Shown one piece after another: positions 9,576 through 18,829 of a stretch of 64,000 nt of DNA (positions are counted from its first letter, which is position 1; every line of letters starts with the position of its first letter). Origin of the DNA: an uncultured Actinomycetota bacterium (GTDB lineage: Bacteria; Actinomycetota; Actinomycetes; Streptosporangiales; Streptosporangiaceae); NCBI GenBank assembly GCA_963846005.1, contig CAWJUH010000003.1, positions 803,992-867,991 of the forward strand, read 5' to 3'. The notes under the pieces are model-generated. The model had not been told where the DNA came from. It did not search any database and saw nothing but the letters and a program-made list of their open reading frames with translations. The translations under genes were made by a program, and so were the position numbers.

Positions 9576-10628
9576 TCATCCTACGGAAGTGCCGAAGAAC
9601 GAGTCGATGTTGCCTATTTGTTCATAGTAGCCGACGTGGCAATTGTCGCCTTGACTGTTACAGTCACCCCCTCCGATTGTAGTTCCGGCGATTTTGGCGC
9701 CGTTGCTGTCCCTCACAATCCATGGTCCTCCGCTGTCTCCTTCACTAACAACCGGAGTGTCGTCGTAGCCTGTGGATGTGACCCAGGCTCTGGTTATACC
9801 GTCGGAAAAGGCTACATACTGGTTGACACTTTGCACTGAGATGTCGTTTACTTCGCCCGTAAAGGCACTGTCTTGCGTGACCAAGTCGAAGGGCTGCGGA
9901 AAGGCAGTCCCGTCTTCAGCGTAGCTCGCCTGGCTTTTATCGCCCCCACTCCACACGTTCCATGAGTAGTTGCTGTTCGCGGAATTATGATCTATAAGCT
10001 CAGAATCGATGCAATTATTACAGAGCCGGACTTCAAAAACATTACCCATGTGCGGCCCGCCGGTCTGGCCAGACCTATCGCTTCTGTAAACATATTTATT
10101 AAGCTGCGGCTCGCAGTGACCAGCTGTTAGCATATAGTTATAACTGCCGATATGAACGATCGGTCCCCCGGTGCATTGGCTACTTGATGCGGGGATCAGA
10201 ATGAAGTCTCCTCCGAAGTATGGGGGCGTGTCATTTATCCGGTCTGCCGGTATGGGCCTGGGCATTGAAGTTTTTGAGACCACTACAGAATTACCGTACA
10301 GGGAATATAGTACATGAGCCGCCGCTTGGCTATAATGGGTGAGGCGAATTTCGACTTTGCCTGACCTGGGATCTGGACCCCACTGAGTCAGCTCTACACC
10401 TTTAGCTTTGAGGTTAGCCTCGCTGGCAGCGATGGATTGAGTAGTGACCTTATTCTGAGCCGACCCCCAGCCAAGCAAGGATGCCGGGTTGGGGTTATGG
10501 CCATCTCGCACTGTCTTCAGGCGAACCGACAGGGCTGCTGCCGACGTAGTTGCCATAGCAGGTCCGATCAGCAGGCAGGACACTGCAGAAATTGACACTG
10601 CAATTTTAACTAACTTAGGACTATTCAT
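9576..10628 (-). CDS. Secreted S1-family serine protease (chymotrypsin/streptogrisin-like)
   Basis: N-terminal signal peptide; catalytic His motif LTAGHC and Ser motif GDSGGP; visibly lower GC than flanks. Confidence 0.75.
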   Translation of the reverse strand: MNSPKLVKIAVSISAVSCLLIGPAMATTSAAALSVRLKTVRDGHNPNPASLLGWGSAQNKVTTQSIAASEANLKAKGVELTQWGPDPRSGKVEIRLTHYSQAAAHVLYSLYGNSVVVSKTSMPRPIPADRINDTPPYFGGDFILIPASSSQCTGGPIVHIGSYNYMLTAGHCEPQLNKYVYRSDRSGQTGGPHMGNVFEVRLCNNCIDSELIDHNSANSNYSWNVWSGGDKSQASYAEDGTAFPQPFDLVTQDSAFTGEVNDISVQSVNQYVAFSDGITRAWVTSTGYDDTPVVSEGDSGGPWIVRDSNGAKIAGTTIGGGDCNSQGDNCHVGYYEQIGNIDSFFGTSVG

Positions 10629-10971
10629 TACAGAATGATAAGTATTCAGGTCTCACAAGGCAAGACCCACAGGCCAGCTTCTTGCGCAACGCAGCTCTGC
10701 ATCGCTAGCAAAGACCTTCTGGCCTCGTCGCTGCGGAGACGCAACCCCCAGCCTTCTGATCCGTAGAGTGTGTCGGCCGTACGCGCGACCTGCCGTGTGC
10801 CGTCCGGGCAGCCATAACGGCTTTCGCTGGTGCGCATTGCTCGTCGCTATTGTGCGGTACTGTCCGGCCAGGATCCGGCCAGTCTCAGCCGGTGATCTCC
10901 TGGCGAGCGGGTGCGATCCCGGCTGCTGCACTTGCGTGCTCCACCAGCCGGCCTCGGCATACCGTGGGCCG

Positions 10972-11706
10972 ATGTTCGCTATTGAGGAACGAGAGCGAGT
11001 GCGGGGCCGTTTGCTGGAGCTGGCCGCCGCCGACCCCACCGTGAACGGAGCCGCGGTCACCGGCTCGCACGCGGCGGGCAGTTCCGACCGGTGGTCAGAT
11101 ATCGACCTGGCGCTCGCTATCCCCGGCTCGCTGGCCGCTTCGCTTGATCAGTGGACGGATGTGCTGACCCGGGATTTCGCCGCGGTGCATCACTGGGATC
11201 TTCGGTCAGGCTCGGCGGTGTACCGCGTGTTCTTGCTGCCGGGCTGGCTGGAGGTGGACATCGCGTTCATCCCGGCCGCTGAGTTCGGCCCGCTCGGACC
11301 GAACTGGCGCACTGTCTTCGGCGCCACCGTGCCGCTCGAACCATCCGGTCCGCCGGAGTTCAGCCAGCTAGCTGGCCTGGCCTGGCATCACGCCCTGCAC
11401 GCCCGAGTCAGCATGGAGCGGCAACGGTACCTGCAAGCTGAATACTGGATCGGCGCAATGCGCAGCCAGGTGATCGCTTTGACCTGCCTGCGGCTCGGGT
11501 ACCCGGACGCCCATGCCAAGACCGCGCACCGGCTGCCCGCCGATGTCACCGCCCGGCTGGCCAACACGCTCGTCAGATCGCTGGATCCGGCTGAGCTGCG
11601 CCGCGCCCTGGCCGCCGCCACGACAGCCCTGTCCGCCGAGCTTGAATACCCCAGTAATAGCCAGACCAGACGGCTGGACTCGATGCTGATCGAACGGACA
11701 CGCTGA
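10972..11706 (+). CDS. Nucleotidyltransferase domain protein (Pol-beta superfamily; possibly antibiotic NTase-like)
   Basis: GS-x10-DID signature (VTGSHAAGSSDRWSDIDLALAI); ATG at 10972. Confidence 0.55.
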   Translation: MFAIEERERVRGRLLELAAADPTVNGAAVTGSHAAGSSDRWSDIDLALAIPGSLAASLDQWTDVLTRDFAAVHHWDLRSGSAVYRVFLLPGWLEVDIAFIPAAEFGPLGPNWRTVFGATVPLEPSGPPEFSQLAGLAWHHALHARVSMERQRYLQAEYWIGAMRSQVIALTCLRLGYPDAHAKTAHRLPADVTARLANTLVRSLDPAELRRALAAATTALSAELEYPSNSQTRRLDSMLIERTR

Positions 11707-12004
11707 CCAGTTCCTTATCAGGCAAACCCGAGCACGCTTGCGACCATGGCCAACGTGGCCGCTGACCTGGGCGGACCGTCCCCGGCCGTCCGTGGCCGTC
11801 TGCCTGGTCGCGTGGTGATTGTTACGCAGTTGGTTACTCAGTCCGTGCCACGCCTCGATGCGCAAAGCATCTTGCCGTTAACGGCCCCGAAGGCCGCGCA
11901 AGGCTAGGCCTCCGATCTGCTGTCATGAATGCCCAGACAGTCGTTTGGTCCGCGACTGGTCCATGGCGGCTGACCGGGCCGTCGGCTGTGAAGACTATCG
12001 ACTG

Positions 12005-12487
12005 CTAGTCAGCCCGTTCATTGATACTCGCTATCTCTTCTACAAATCGCGATCTAAGCTCCGCCAAGGTTTGAGGCAGGCACGACTCATCACAGCGCTT
12101 CTTGGTCGCATTAGTTATGTAGGTGAACCAGCTGTAAACCGGATCCCTGCCATAATTAGGTATGATTGGGTCTTTCTGGAGATCTTTCCTGATTTGCGCG
12201 CTTGACACGCGACATTCAATGAACTTCTCTTGATTGACAGGGAGGCGCAGGCAACGCCACTTCCAAGATCCATTCGAAGAAACCACAACTGCAGGCCCGC
12301 CTATGTTTATCTCCCAAAAGGTGACAAGAGGTTCACGTTTCCCAAGGAACCGTCCAAATTCAATCGAAAGCTCGCTTAGGCACTTCGCGACTTCGTCGTA
12401 GTGGTACAGCAGACTGGCCACTGCACCCTCACGATCACGCTTCTTCTGCTCCAGCAGATCTAGTGCTTCATCCTCGATGCTCGGCAT
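12005..12487 (-). CDS. Hypothetical protein (low-GC cargo)
   Basis: 160-aa ORF in AT-richer island; no recognizable motif. Confidence 0.4.
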   Translation of the reverse strand: MPSIEDEALDLLEQKKRDREGAVASLLYHYDEVAKCLSELSIEFGRFLGKREPLVTFWEINIGGPAVVVSSNGSWKWRCLRLPVNQEKFIECRVSSAQIRKDLQKDPIIPNYGRDPVYSWFTYITNATKKRCDESCLPQTLAELRSRFVEEIASINERAD

Positions 12488-12864
12488 ACCCCATAACGTA
12501 AAGCACGGTCAGCACCCCCGCACGGGAGTCAAACGCGCAACTAACTGCTTAGGAGAACTTCAAGATCATCGATCCGACCTGTATTATTGCAGGTCATCGG
12601 CGGTTCCCATTGCGCATGAGTGCCCCTGAGGCAGCGGGTTTGCCTAGCACTGGGGCACGAACAGGGCACGACACCTGACCCTCTCGATGCGAACTCGCGG
12701 CCAGCCGGTCGATGATGGCGTTTGGGCAGGCCGCATGGTTGCTGACGGTCGCACCGGGAAAAATACGACTTTCGTCCGCTTCTGTCAAAGTTGTTTACTC
12801 TAGCAGCCCGCCAAGAAAACAAGTGTTGCTAGGCTTTTCATCGCCGTCTTTTAGGAGCAGAAAC

Positions 12865-13809
12865 TCAAGGCAGCGCAGAGTCTGCCGCGATATAGTAATA
12901 TTGAAGTATTCGTTCGCCTATTTCGGTGGGACTCCATTGCGTAGGGGACGTAAGGCCCACAGCGTCCCGTTCTGAGATTGCAGGCACAATTGGAGTCGAG
13001 TTATTGGCTGAGTAATATCCATGCGGAGAATGTGTATATGAGTCTGAAAGCGAGTCATTGCTTAGCTTTTTGGAATATTTCGCTAGCATGCTTGGAGAAT
13101 TATCGAATTGCTGCGCCAAGCCATGCCGCTGAAGCGTGGCGATCAGACTGGTCAGCACTTCTCGCAGTGAAGGTCTGGCTTCTTCAATTTGGTAGTTCGA
13201 CCATTTGCGCCGACCGATTGTCCAGCCGCTTCTGGTGAAATCTCCTGCAATGAACCCGTGGGGCCTAGTGTTGTGAATTGGAAATTTTTCATGCTTGATA
13301 GGACTGTCCTGTTTCCCGTCCTTCCCTTCGGATGGCACCCAGTTAACGATGAGCTCCAGTACAGATAGATGAGGGCGTTCCAAGTCTGCCATTGCAGGAA
13401 GGGCCAAATCAGCAAAGTATATCTGAGCTTCATCCGAAGCAATTAGGCCGCCCGCCAAGGCTCTGCCAAGTGCATGCACTTTAGGAGGCCAAGCCGTACT
13501 AGATGCCGAAGTCATCGCGTTCATTGCTATGAGCCGCGTACGTTCGGAAGCGTTAATCAGACCTGCGAGTTTCTCAGGGTCACACTCTGCCGCTATCGAG
13601 GCGCTGGTAAGCATTCCCTTAACTCGCCGTCGCGCGTCAGATCGGAATTCCCCCACGGCTTTGTTGAGGAAGTCCTCTAGATATGGACTGGAAAGTGCAC
13701 CAATTGCGATCCCATCGATTCCGCCTAGCCTTGCGCCTGCGACGACTGCGGAGGCATCAGCCACAGCTCTTATAAGGCGACTTGGTTCCTGATCCTCATC
13801 TGACGTCAC
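12865..13809 (-). CDS. Hypothetical protein (low-GC cargo)
   Basis: 314-aa ORF in AT-richer island; no recognizable motif. Confidence 0.45.
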   Translation of the reverse strand: MTSDEDQEPSRLIRAVADASAVVAGARLGGIDGIAIGALSSPYLEDFLNKAVGEFRSDARRRVKGMLTSASIAAECDPEKLAGLINASERTRLIAMNAMTSASSTAWPPKVHALGRALAGGLIASDEAQIYFADLALPAMADLERPHLSVLELIVNWVPSEGKDGKQDSPIKHEKFPIHNTRPHGFIAGDFTRSGWTIGRRKWSNYQIEEARPSLREVLTSLIATLQRHGLAQQFDNSPSMLAKYSKKLSNDSLSDSYTHSPHGYYSANNSTPIVPAISERDAVGLTSPTQWSPTEIGERILQYYYIAADSALP

Positions 13810-14404
13810 AGGGCATAGCCTAATCCGTCTTGACGATGATTCGAGCTCTCTCGATGGTTATCCGACTCAGCCACAGCTTCCCCGTCCTCCCTGGTAGGTG
13901 CCGAGATCTTGCCGGGGAAGGTCGCAGTCAAGGGGCGGCGCGTGCGCCGATCGCGTAGCGACGCGCCCTTGGGCGCGCCCTTTACTGTGACCTTTCTCCG
14001 GTGAGAGGATGCCCGGCGTGTGGAGGACGGCTCCTTCCGCCACACTGCGGGCTGCGCGTGGGCTATCCGTGCCGGGTGTTCGTGGCGGCCGGGCTGTGGT
14101 GCGGGCCGGGGCGGGGCGGACCTGCCTTGCGGCAGTTGCCCGCGCCGTGCCTCCCCAGGCTAAGGCAGCGGGCAGAACTGCCGCCCCGGCGCAGACAGTA
14201 GCCCCGCCACCCGGCACGCTGACGCCAAGGCGCCCTTGCTGCTTTTACTCGACGCGCTGCTCGGCTCAGGCTTTCGTGCGTGCCTGGCCGTCGGCGCCGG
14301 GCCGGGGTGCGGGCCGTCTGGCGCGCCCGCAAGGGCGTGCCCTTGAAGCTGTAGAGAAAATCGTCACAGTTCACAGGCACTAATTCGATGAAGCATTCGA
14401 CTGG

Positions 14405-15586
14405 TCAGGCGAGTGGAGGGCTAGGCCCGTCGCCTCCGATGGTGGTTCCTGTCGGCCATAGCTTCTCCAGCTCGGCGGGCGTGAGCGGATCCCGGTAAGC
14501 GGCTTGCAGGACACTGCGCCAGGCGTCGGCGGGCGCTTGCGCGAGCTGGGTGAACCAGTCAATGCCGGCGGGATAAGACCACTGGTAGGACCGCAGCAAG
14601 GGGTCTGCTCCCCGGTCAGTGAGCATGTCAGCGATCTCGGCTTCCGTCCAGAACGGAACATGGCCGCTCGCATAGGCGGCGCACTGGTCGATGCTGGCTC
14701 CGGAGTTCACCGCGATGTGCAGGGCCGCCCGTACGAGCTGGGTGTAGTGATCGATCCGGACTCTGGTCATCAGCAGCTTGTCGTCCGGCGCGACGAACAG
14801 CGGCAGCGTCTGGCCGAGTCCTTCCAGCAGTACCTGCTGGGGTGCGTGTACCGACAGCAGCCGGACCCACGGCACTGGACCGGCCGCGCAGCGCTGGGCG
14901 TAGCTGGCTCCCTGGAGACCGTGGCCCAGGATCTCGTGCAGGGCGAACTGGCGGGCGTGAGCTTCGGTGAACCGGGCTTCTTTGAGGTTGAGGCGCAGTC
15001 GAACGTCCGGTCCGCTGCCGTCGGTCCAGAAGGCCCAGTAGGCGTTGACGGTGGTGGTCTCGATGGTCAACTCATACGGCGCGGTGGCTCCCGTAAGTTC
15101 CCGGACGACCGGCTCGTATCTGAGGGCCGCGTCCCCGATGGCACCGGGGGCATCGGATGCGTCGATCGGCCTTTCGATGTGTTCCTGGTCTTTGCGGGTG
15201 CGGGCGTTCCAGCCGATGCCAAGGTCGGCCAGCTGGCGGCGTGCCAGCTCTCCTGCGTGCTGGATGTAGTCCTCAGGCCAGCCCAGGGCGTGACAGCCCT
15301 GGGTGCCGAAGATGTAGCTGTCCAGGTCGGCGCGCTGGCCCATCAGCTCCCGTAGGTAGAGCAGATGAGCCCCGGTCCGCTCGGCCAGCATCGGTTCGCC
15401 GCTGGCCTCGGCTTGCTGCTTCAATGCCGCTAGCCGTTGGTAGGTGGTCAGCCGGTCAGCAGGCTTGATGTCCTCGCTCGCGGACTGCGGGTGGCAGTCG
15501 TAGTCGATCACGGCGGGCGCACCGCGCGCCAGCTCGTGTTCGTGCCAGGCCCGCAACGCCCGCTCGATCTGGTCACGAAGCGGCAC
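14405..15586 (-). CDS. Putative zinc metallopeptidase (HExxH motif; DUF1704/ImmA-IrrE-like gluzincin is a guess)
   Basis: FALHEILGHGLQ motif; 393 aa; 14-nt overlap with the upstream gene. Confidence 0.45.
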   Translation of the reverse strand: MPLRDQIERALRAWHEHELARGAPAVIDYDCHPQSASEDIKPADRLTTYQRLAALKQQAEASGEPMLAERTGAHLLYLRELMGQRADLDSYIFGTQGCHALGWPEDYIQHAGELARRQLADLGIGWNARTRKDQEHIERPIDASDAPGAIGDAALRYEPVVRELTGATAPYELTIETTTVNAYWAFWTDGSGPDVRLRLNLKEARFTEAHARQFALHEILGHGLQGASYAQRCAAGPVPWVRLLSVHAPQQVLLEGLGQTLPLFVAPDDKLLMTRVRIDHYTQLVRAALHIAVNSGASIDQCAAYASGHVPFWTEAEIADMLTDRGADPLLRSYQWSYPAGIDWFTQLAQAPADAWRSVLQAAYRDPLTPAELEKLWPTGTTIGGDGPSPPLA

Positions 15587-16727
15587 TATCGGTATCCCAT
15601 CTCAGCTCAACGATCTGCCCGGGCCGCAGGTAGTCCGCGGCCAGGGTCAGGCTCACGCCGTGGTCATCGTAGTCCCACAGCAGCCCCTCGCTGACCGGCA
15701 TTTCCGACCCATCCGGCCGCTCGACCGTGGCCGCGCATTCGCTGAGCCGCTTGATATTCAGGTGCCGGACCCGCAGCGTGTAGTGGCGGGTGTAGCGCGG
15801 CATCGTTTGCCGCCAGTACCACTCGTCATGAAATGACCCGCCCTCGCACGTATACCGGATCACCGTGCGCTCTCCCGGTCCGAGCGGCGGCGAGATCTTG
15901 AACGCGAACTTGGCCAGCGATCCCGCGTCGTGAATGCGCTGGATCACCACGGCCCGGTCGTTGTGCTTGGTCGCCTTGATGACAATCGGCGCGTAGGTGT
16001 ACTGGAACCAGACCTCACGCGGCATGCGCACGAGTGGCTGCTCACCGAGATTGAGCAGATCATGCTCATATAGCACGTGCACCCGGCCGTGATCATCGAT
16101 CTCCAGGCTCAGGCTCAGCTCCAGCTCGACCACGTTGCCCGCCAGCGCGGCGAGCTGCCGGGTCTCAGTGTCCGACAACCGGAGCTGGCGGCTCAGCTCG
16201 ACTAGCCGCTTCCCTAGCTTCCGGGCACTGACGCTGTCCTGATCGCGCACATAATCGCTGATCGCGCTGGCCACTATCTGACGCGCACCGACAGTCCGGT
16301 CATCGGCGCCGGTTGGCCCCCATGCGGGCGGTGAGGTATCCGGCTGCCGCAATCCGGTATCGATCGCGCCCAGAACCTGTCCGATGTCCTTGCGCGCCAG
16401 CGCGCCCTGCCCACGTGACCCGGCCAGATCACCGTCATTGCTACCTGCGGGCTGGAAAAGCTGCGCAATCGTCCAGTCGGGAAACATCACCTCCAGCACC
16501 CGGCAATGGTGAGAGAAAGGCAGCCGTTTCACACTCCCGGACAGCCAGCGCTGATACTGCGCCCGGCTCGGAGACGACCCAGCCAGATCCGGGTCCACCA
16601 CGTGAGCGGCCTTGTCGTACTCCGCGCAGAACGTCGCATACGACTGCCAATGACGCTGTTCTAGCAGGACCTTCAACCGGATCGGCGATGACTTCACGCT
16701 GCCCTCCCGTGATGTCTCAGCTATCAC
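15573..16727 (-). CDS. Hypothetical protein with possible N-terminal HTH (XRE-like) region
   Basis: 384 aa; N-terminus IRLKVLLEQRHWQSYATFCAEYDKAA resembles an HTH; divergent from the + strand operon starting at 16900. Confidence 0.4.
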   Translation of the reverse strand: MIAETSREGSVKSSPIRLKVLLEQRHWQSYATFCAEYDKAAHVVDPDLAGSSPSRAQYQRWLSGSVKRLPFSHHCRVLEVMFPDWTIAQLFQPAGSNDGDLAGSRGQGALARKDIGQVLGAIDTGLRQPDTSPPAWGPTGADDRTVGARQIVASAISDYVRDQDSVSARKLGKRLVELSRQLRLSDTETRQLAALAGNVVELELSLSLEIDDHGRVHVLYEHDLLNLGEQPLVRMPREVWFQYTYAPIVIKATKHNDRAVVIQRIHDAGSLAKFAFKISPPLGPGERTVIRYTCEGGSFHDEWYWRQTMPRYTRHYTLRVRHLNIKRLSECAATVERPDGSEMPVSEGLLWDYDDHGVSLTLAADYLRPGQIVELRWDTDSAAS

Positions 16728-16899
16728 CCCACCCTACCAAGGATGAGACATCTATGCGACATGGCGCACGCGGAAGAGGCGGAAACGACTCCCTACGACA
16801 CAACGGCGCAACACGGGCTTGGCTAATGCTCGTGTCATGGCCAGAAAGGCCAACCACGAGTCAGCCCAGCCAAAGGGTTGCCGAAGGAGAGGCAAGATC

Positions 16900-17238
16900 A
16901 TGCGACTTCTGATCGACACGAGCAGCGTCCAGTTTCGGGTGGCCGGTATGCCGAAGGAGCGTCCGGACTACAAGGACAAGGAGCGGCAGGCGACCACGCG
17001 CGAAGGGCAGCCGATCTGGACGGTGCGCCTGGACGCGATCGACACCGTGCGGGAGACCAAAGAAACCATCTGGGTCGAGGTGGCTGGCAACGAGCCCAAG
17101 CTGACCTTCGATGGCTTCGCCTCGGTCACCGGCCTGGTGTTCGCACCGTGGGTCGGGCGTGACGGCAAGATCCGCCGCTCATTCCGCGCCGACACCGTCG
17201 AGCCCGCCCCGGCCGCGAAGGCCGTGCACGCGGCCTGA
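16900..17238 (+). CDS. Hypothetical protein, first gene of AICE transfer/replication operon
   Basis: ATG at 16900 with GAAGGAGAGG RBS. Confidence 0.5.
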   Translation: MRLLIDTSSVQFRVAGMPKERPDYKDKERQATTREGQPIWTVRLDAIDTVRETKETIWVEVAGNEPKLTFDGFASVTGLVFAPWVGRDGKIRRSFRADTVEPAPAAKAVHAA

Positions 17239-17295
17239 GCCGTCCCCGGCCAGGCGGAACCATCCCCTACCTCGCGATCAGACCAAGGAGACCCC
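17227..17295 (+). promoter_or_regulatory. Conserved intergenic module copy 1 (box CCCCTACCTCGCGA plus AAGGAGA RBS)
   Basis: Shares a 30-40 bp core with copies at 17665..17755 and 18745..18829. Confidence 0.5.
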
Positions 17296-17661
17296 ATGAC
17301 CAGCATCCGCATCACCGGAATCGACTCCAGATTCGACGACCTGACCCCGGCGGAGTTCCCGCCGCTGCCGATCGGCGCGCTTGTCGCCGGGACGCTCAAC
17401 CTGCTGGAGGAATCCGGAGGGCTGCCCCAGCCGGTGTACCTCACCGTGTCCGACTCGCAGTCGGTGGATCTGCTGTTCGCCCCCGACCCGTCCAGCCTGC
17501 GGGCTATCGCCCGGTGGGCGATGCGCTTCGGCGGCGTCATGACCAGTGAGCCCCACCGGGGCAAGAGCGGCCCGGAGACCTGGTGCCGCGTCCAGTTCGA
17601 CTACTACGGCGTGGCCGTCTGTGCCTTCGCCCACATCCCGGTCTGCGCGACCACGCTCTGA
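17296..17661 (+). CDS. Hypothetical protein
   Basis: ATG preceded by AAGGAGA within a conserved intergenic module. Confidence 0.5.
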   Translation: MTSIRITGIDSRFDDLTPAEFPPLPIGALVAGTLNLLEESGGLPQPVYLTVSDSQSVDLLFAPDPSSLRAIARWAMRFGGVMTSEPHRGKSGPETWCRVQFDYYGVAVCAFAHIPVCATTL

Positions 17662-17664
17662 TAC

Positions 17665-17755
17665 CCGGTGCCGGGCTGGAGGGCTGCCATCCCCCCCGTC
17701 CCGGCCAGCCACCACCCGATCCCTACCTCGCGAACGACGATCAAGGAGAACTGTT
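17665..17755 (+). promoter_or_regulatory. Conserved intergenic module copy 2 (nested hairpin plus box plus RBS)
   Basis: gccgggctggagggctgccatccccc...cccggccagcca...tccctacctcgcgaa...aaggagaact. Confidence 0.5.
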
Positions 17756-18739
17756 ATGCCAGCAAACGTCGAGTCCATGTTCTCGGTCCGCCAGATGCCC
17801 TGGCACCGGGAAGGCACCGTCCTCGCGGATTACCCCGGCGACTGGGCCGAGGCCCGCAAGCTTGCCGGGCTGAACTGGGACCCGGTGACCACCGGGGTCT
17901 ACGCCTTCACTGGCATCAACATTGACGCCACCACGCACTACGAGCCGATCGAGGGCTGGCAGTGCATCATCCGCTCCGATACCGGGGCCGTCCTGTCCAT
18001 CAACCGCGATACCTACACCGTGATCAACCACGGCGCGATGGGCGAGATCGTCGAAGCCGTCCTCGCCCAGCCCAACGTGAAGTGGGAGACCGCCGGGGTC
18101 CTGGACGGCGGCCGGTCGGTGTGGTGCCTGGCCCTGCTCGACGAGCCCGTCGAGCTGCCCGGCGATGACAGCCCGACCCTGCCCTACCTGGCGATCACCA
18201 ACCGGCACGACGGCACCGGCTCATGCGCCCTGCGGGCCACCGCGGTCCGCATCGTCTGCGCCAACACCTTCCGCGCCGCCGAACTCGAAGGCGAACGGAC
18301 CGGCGCCACCTTCTCGTTCATCCACAAGTCGAGCTGGCGAAACCGGATCGAGGAAGCCCGCCGCGCCGTCACCGGCGCTCAGGCCGAGATGCGCCGCTAC
18401 ACCGAACTCGCCCGAGAACTGCTGGCCATCCCCATCACCGGAAAGCAGCGGGAGCTGTTCATCACCGAATTCATTCCCAAGCCTCCCGAGGGGCTGATCA
18501 CCGACCGGGTGGCCCGCAACGTCGAGGAAGCCCGCAGCGCGCTGCGGCTGCTCTTCCAGTCCACCACCAACGAGCAGATCGCCGGTACCGCCTACGGCCT
18601 GGTCCAGGCCGCCGGGGAGTACCTCGATCATGTCCGCATCGCGCGGTCCTGGGAGACCCGGCTCAACCGGACCCTGATCCGGCCCGAGCCGCTCAAGCAC
18701 CGCGCATTGTCCCTGGCTCGAGAGGTCACCACCGCCTGA
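17756..18739 (+). CDS. DUF932 / phage-plasmid-like protein (TIGR03299-like)
   Basis: ATG at 17756 preceded by a conserved module with AAGGAGA; ~327 aa; typical ICE/AICE neighbourhood. Confidence 0.5.
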   Translation: MPANVESMFSVRQMPWHREGTVLADYPGDWAEARKLAGLNWDPVTTGVYAFTGINIDATTHYEPIEGWQCIIRSDTGAVLSINRDTYTVINHGAMGEIVEAVLAQPNVKWETAGVLDGGRSVWCLALLDEPVELPGDDSPTLPYLAITNRHDGTGSCALRATAVRIVCANTFRAAELEGERTGATFSFIHKSSWRNRIEEARRAVTGAQAEMRRYTELARELLAIPITGKQRELFITEFIPKPPEGLITDRVARNVEEARSALRLLFQSTTNEQIAGTAYGLVQAAGEYLDHVRIARSWETRLNRTLIRPEPLKHRALSLAREVTTA

Positions 18740-18744
18740 CAGCA

Positions 18745-18829
18745 AGATGCCGGGCTGGGGGACTGCCATCCCCCGGCCCGGCCAGCCAGAACCATCCCCT
18801 ACCTCGCGAAAAGCAAAGGAGAACTCGGC
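18745..18829 (+). promoter_or_regulatory. Conserved intergenic module copy 3 (nested hairpin plus box plus RBS)
   Basis: gccgggctgggggactgccatcccccggcccggccagccagaaccatcccctacctcgcgaaaagcaaaggagaact. Confidence 0.5.

Noticed and set aside
13810-14404. GC-rich ~600-bp gap with short hairpins (e.g. GCGCGCCC-TT-GGGCGCGC at ~13960; CAAGGGC-GTG-CCCTTG at ~14335)
   Set aside because: No consistent ORF and no T-tract after the hairpins. It could be a terminator or junction DNA between cargo blocks, but the evidence is insufficient for a call.
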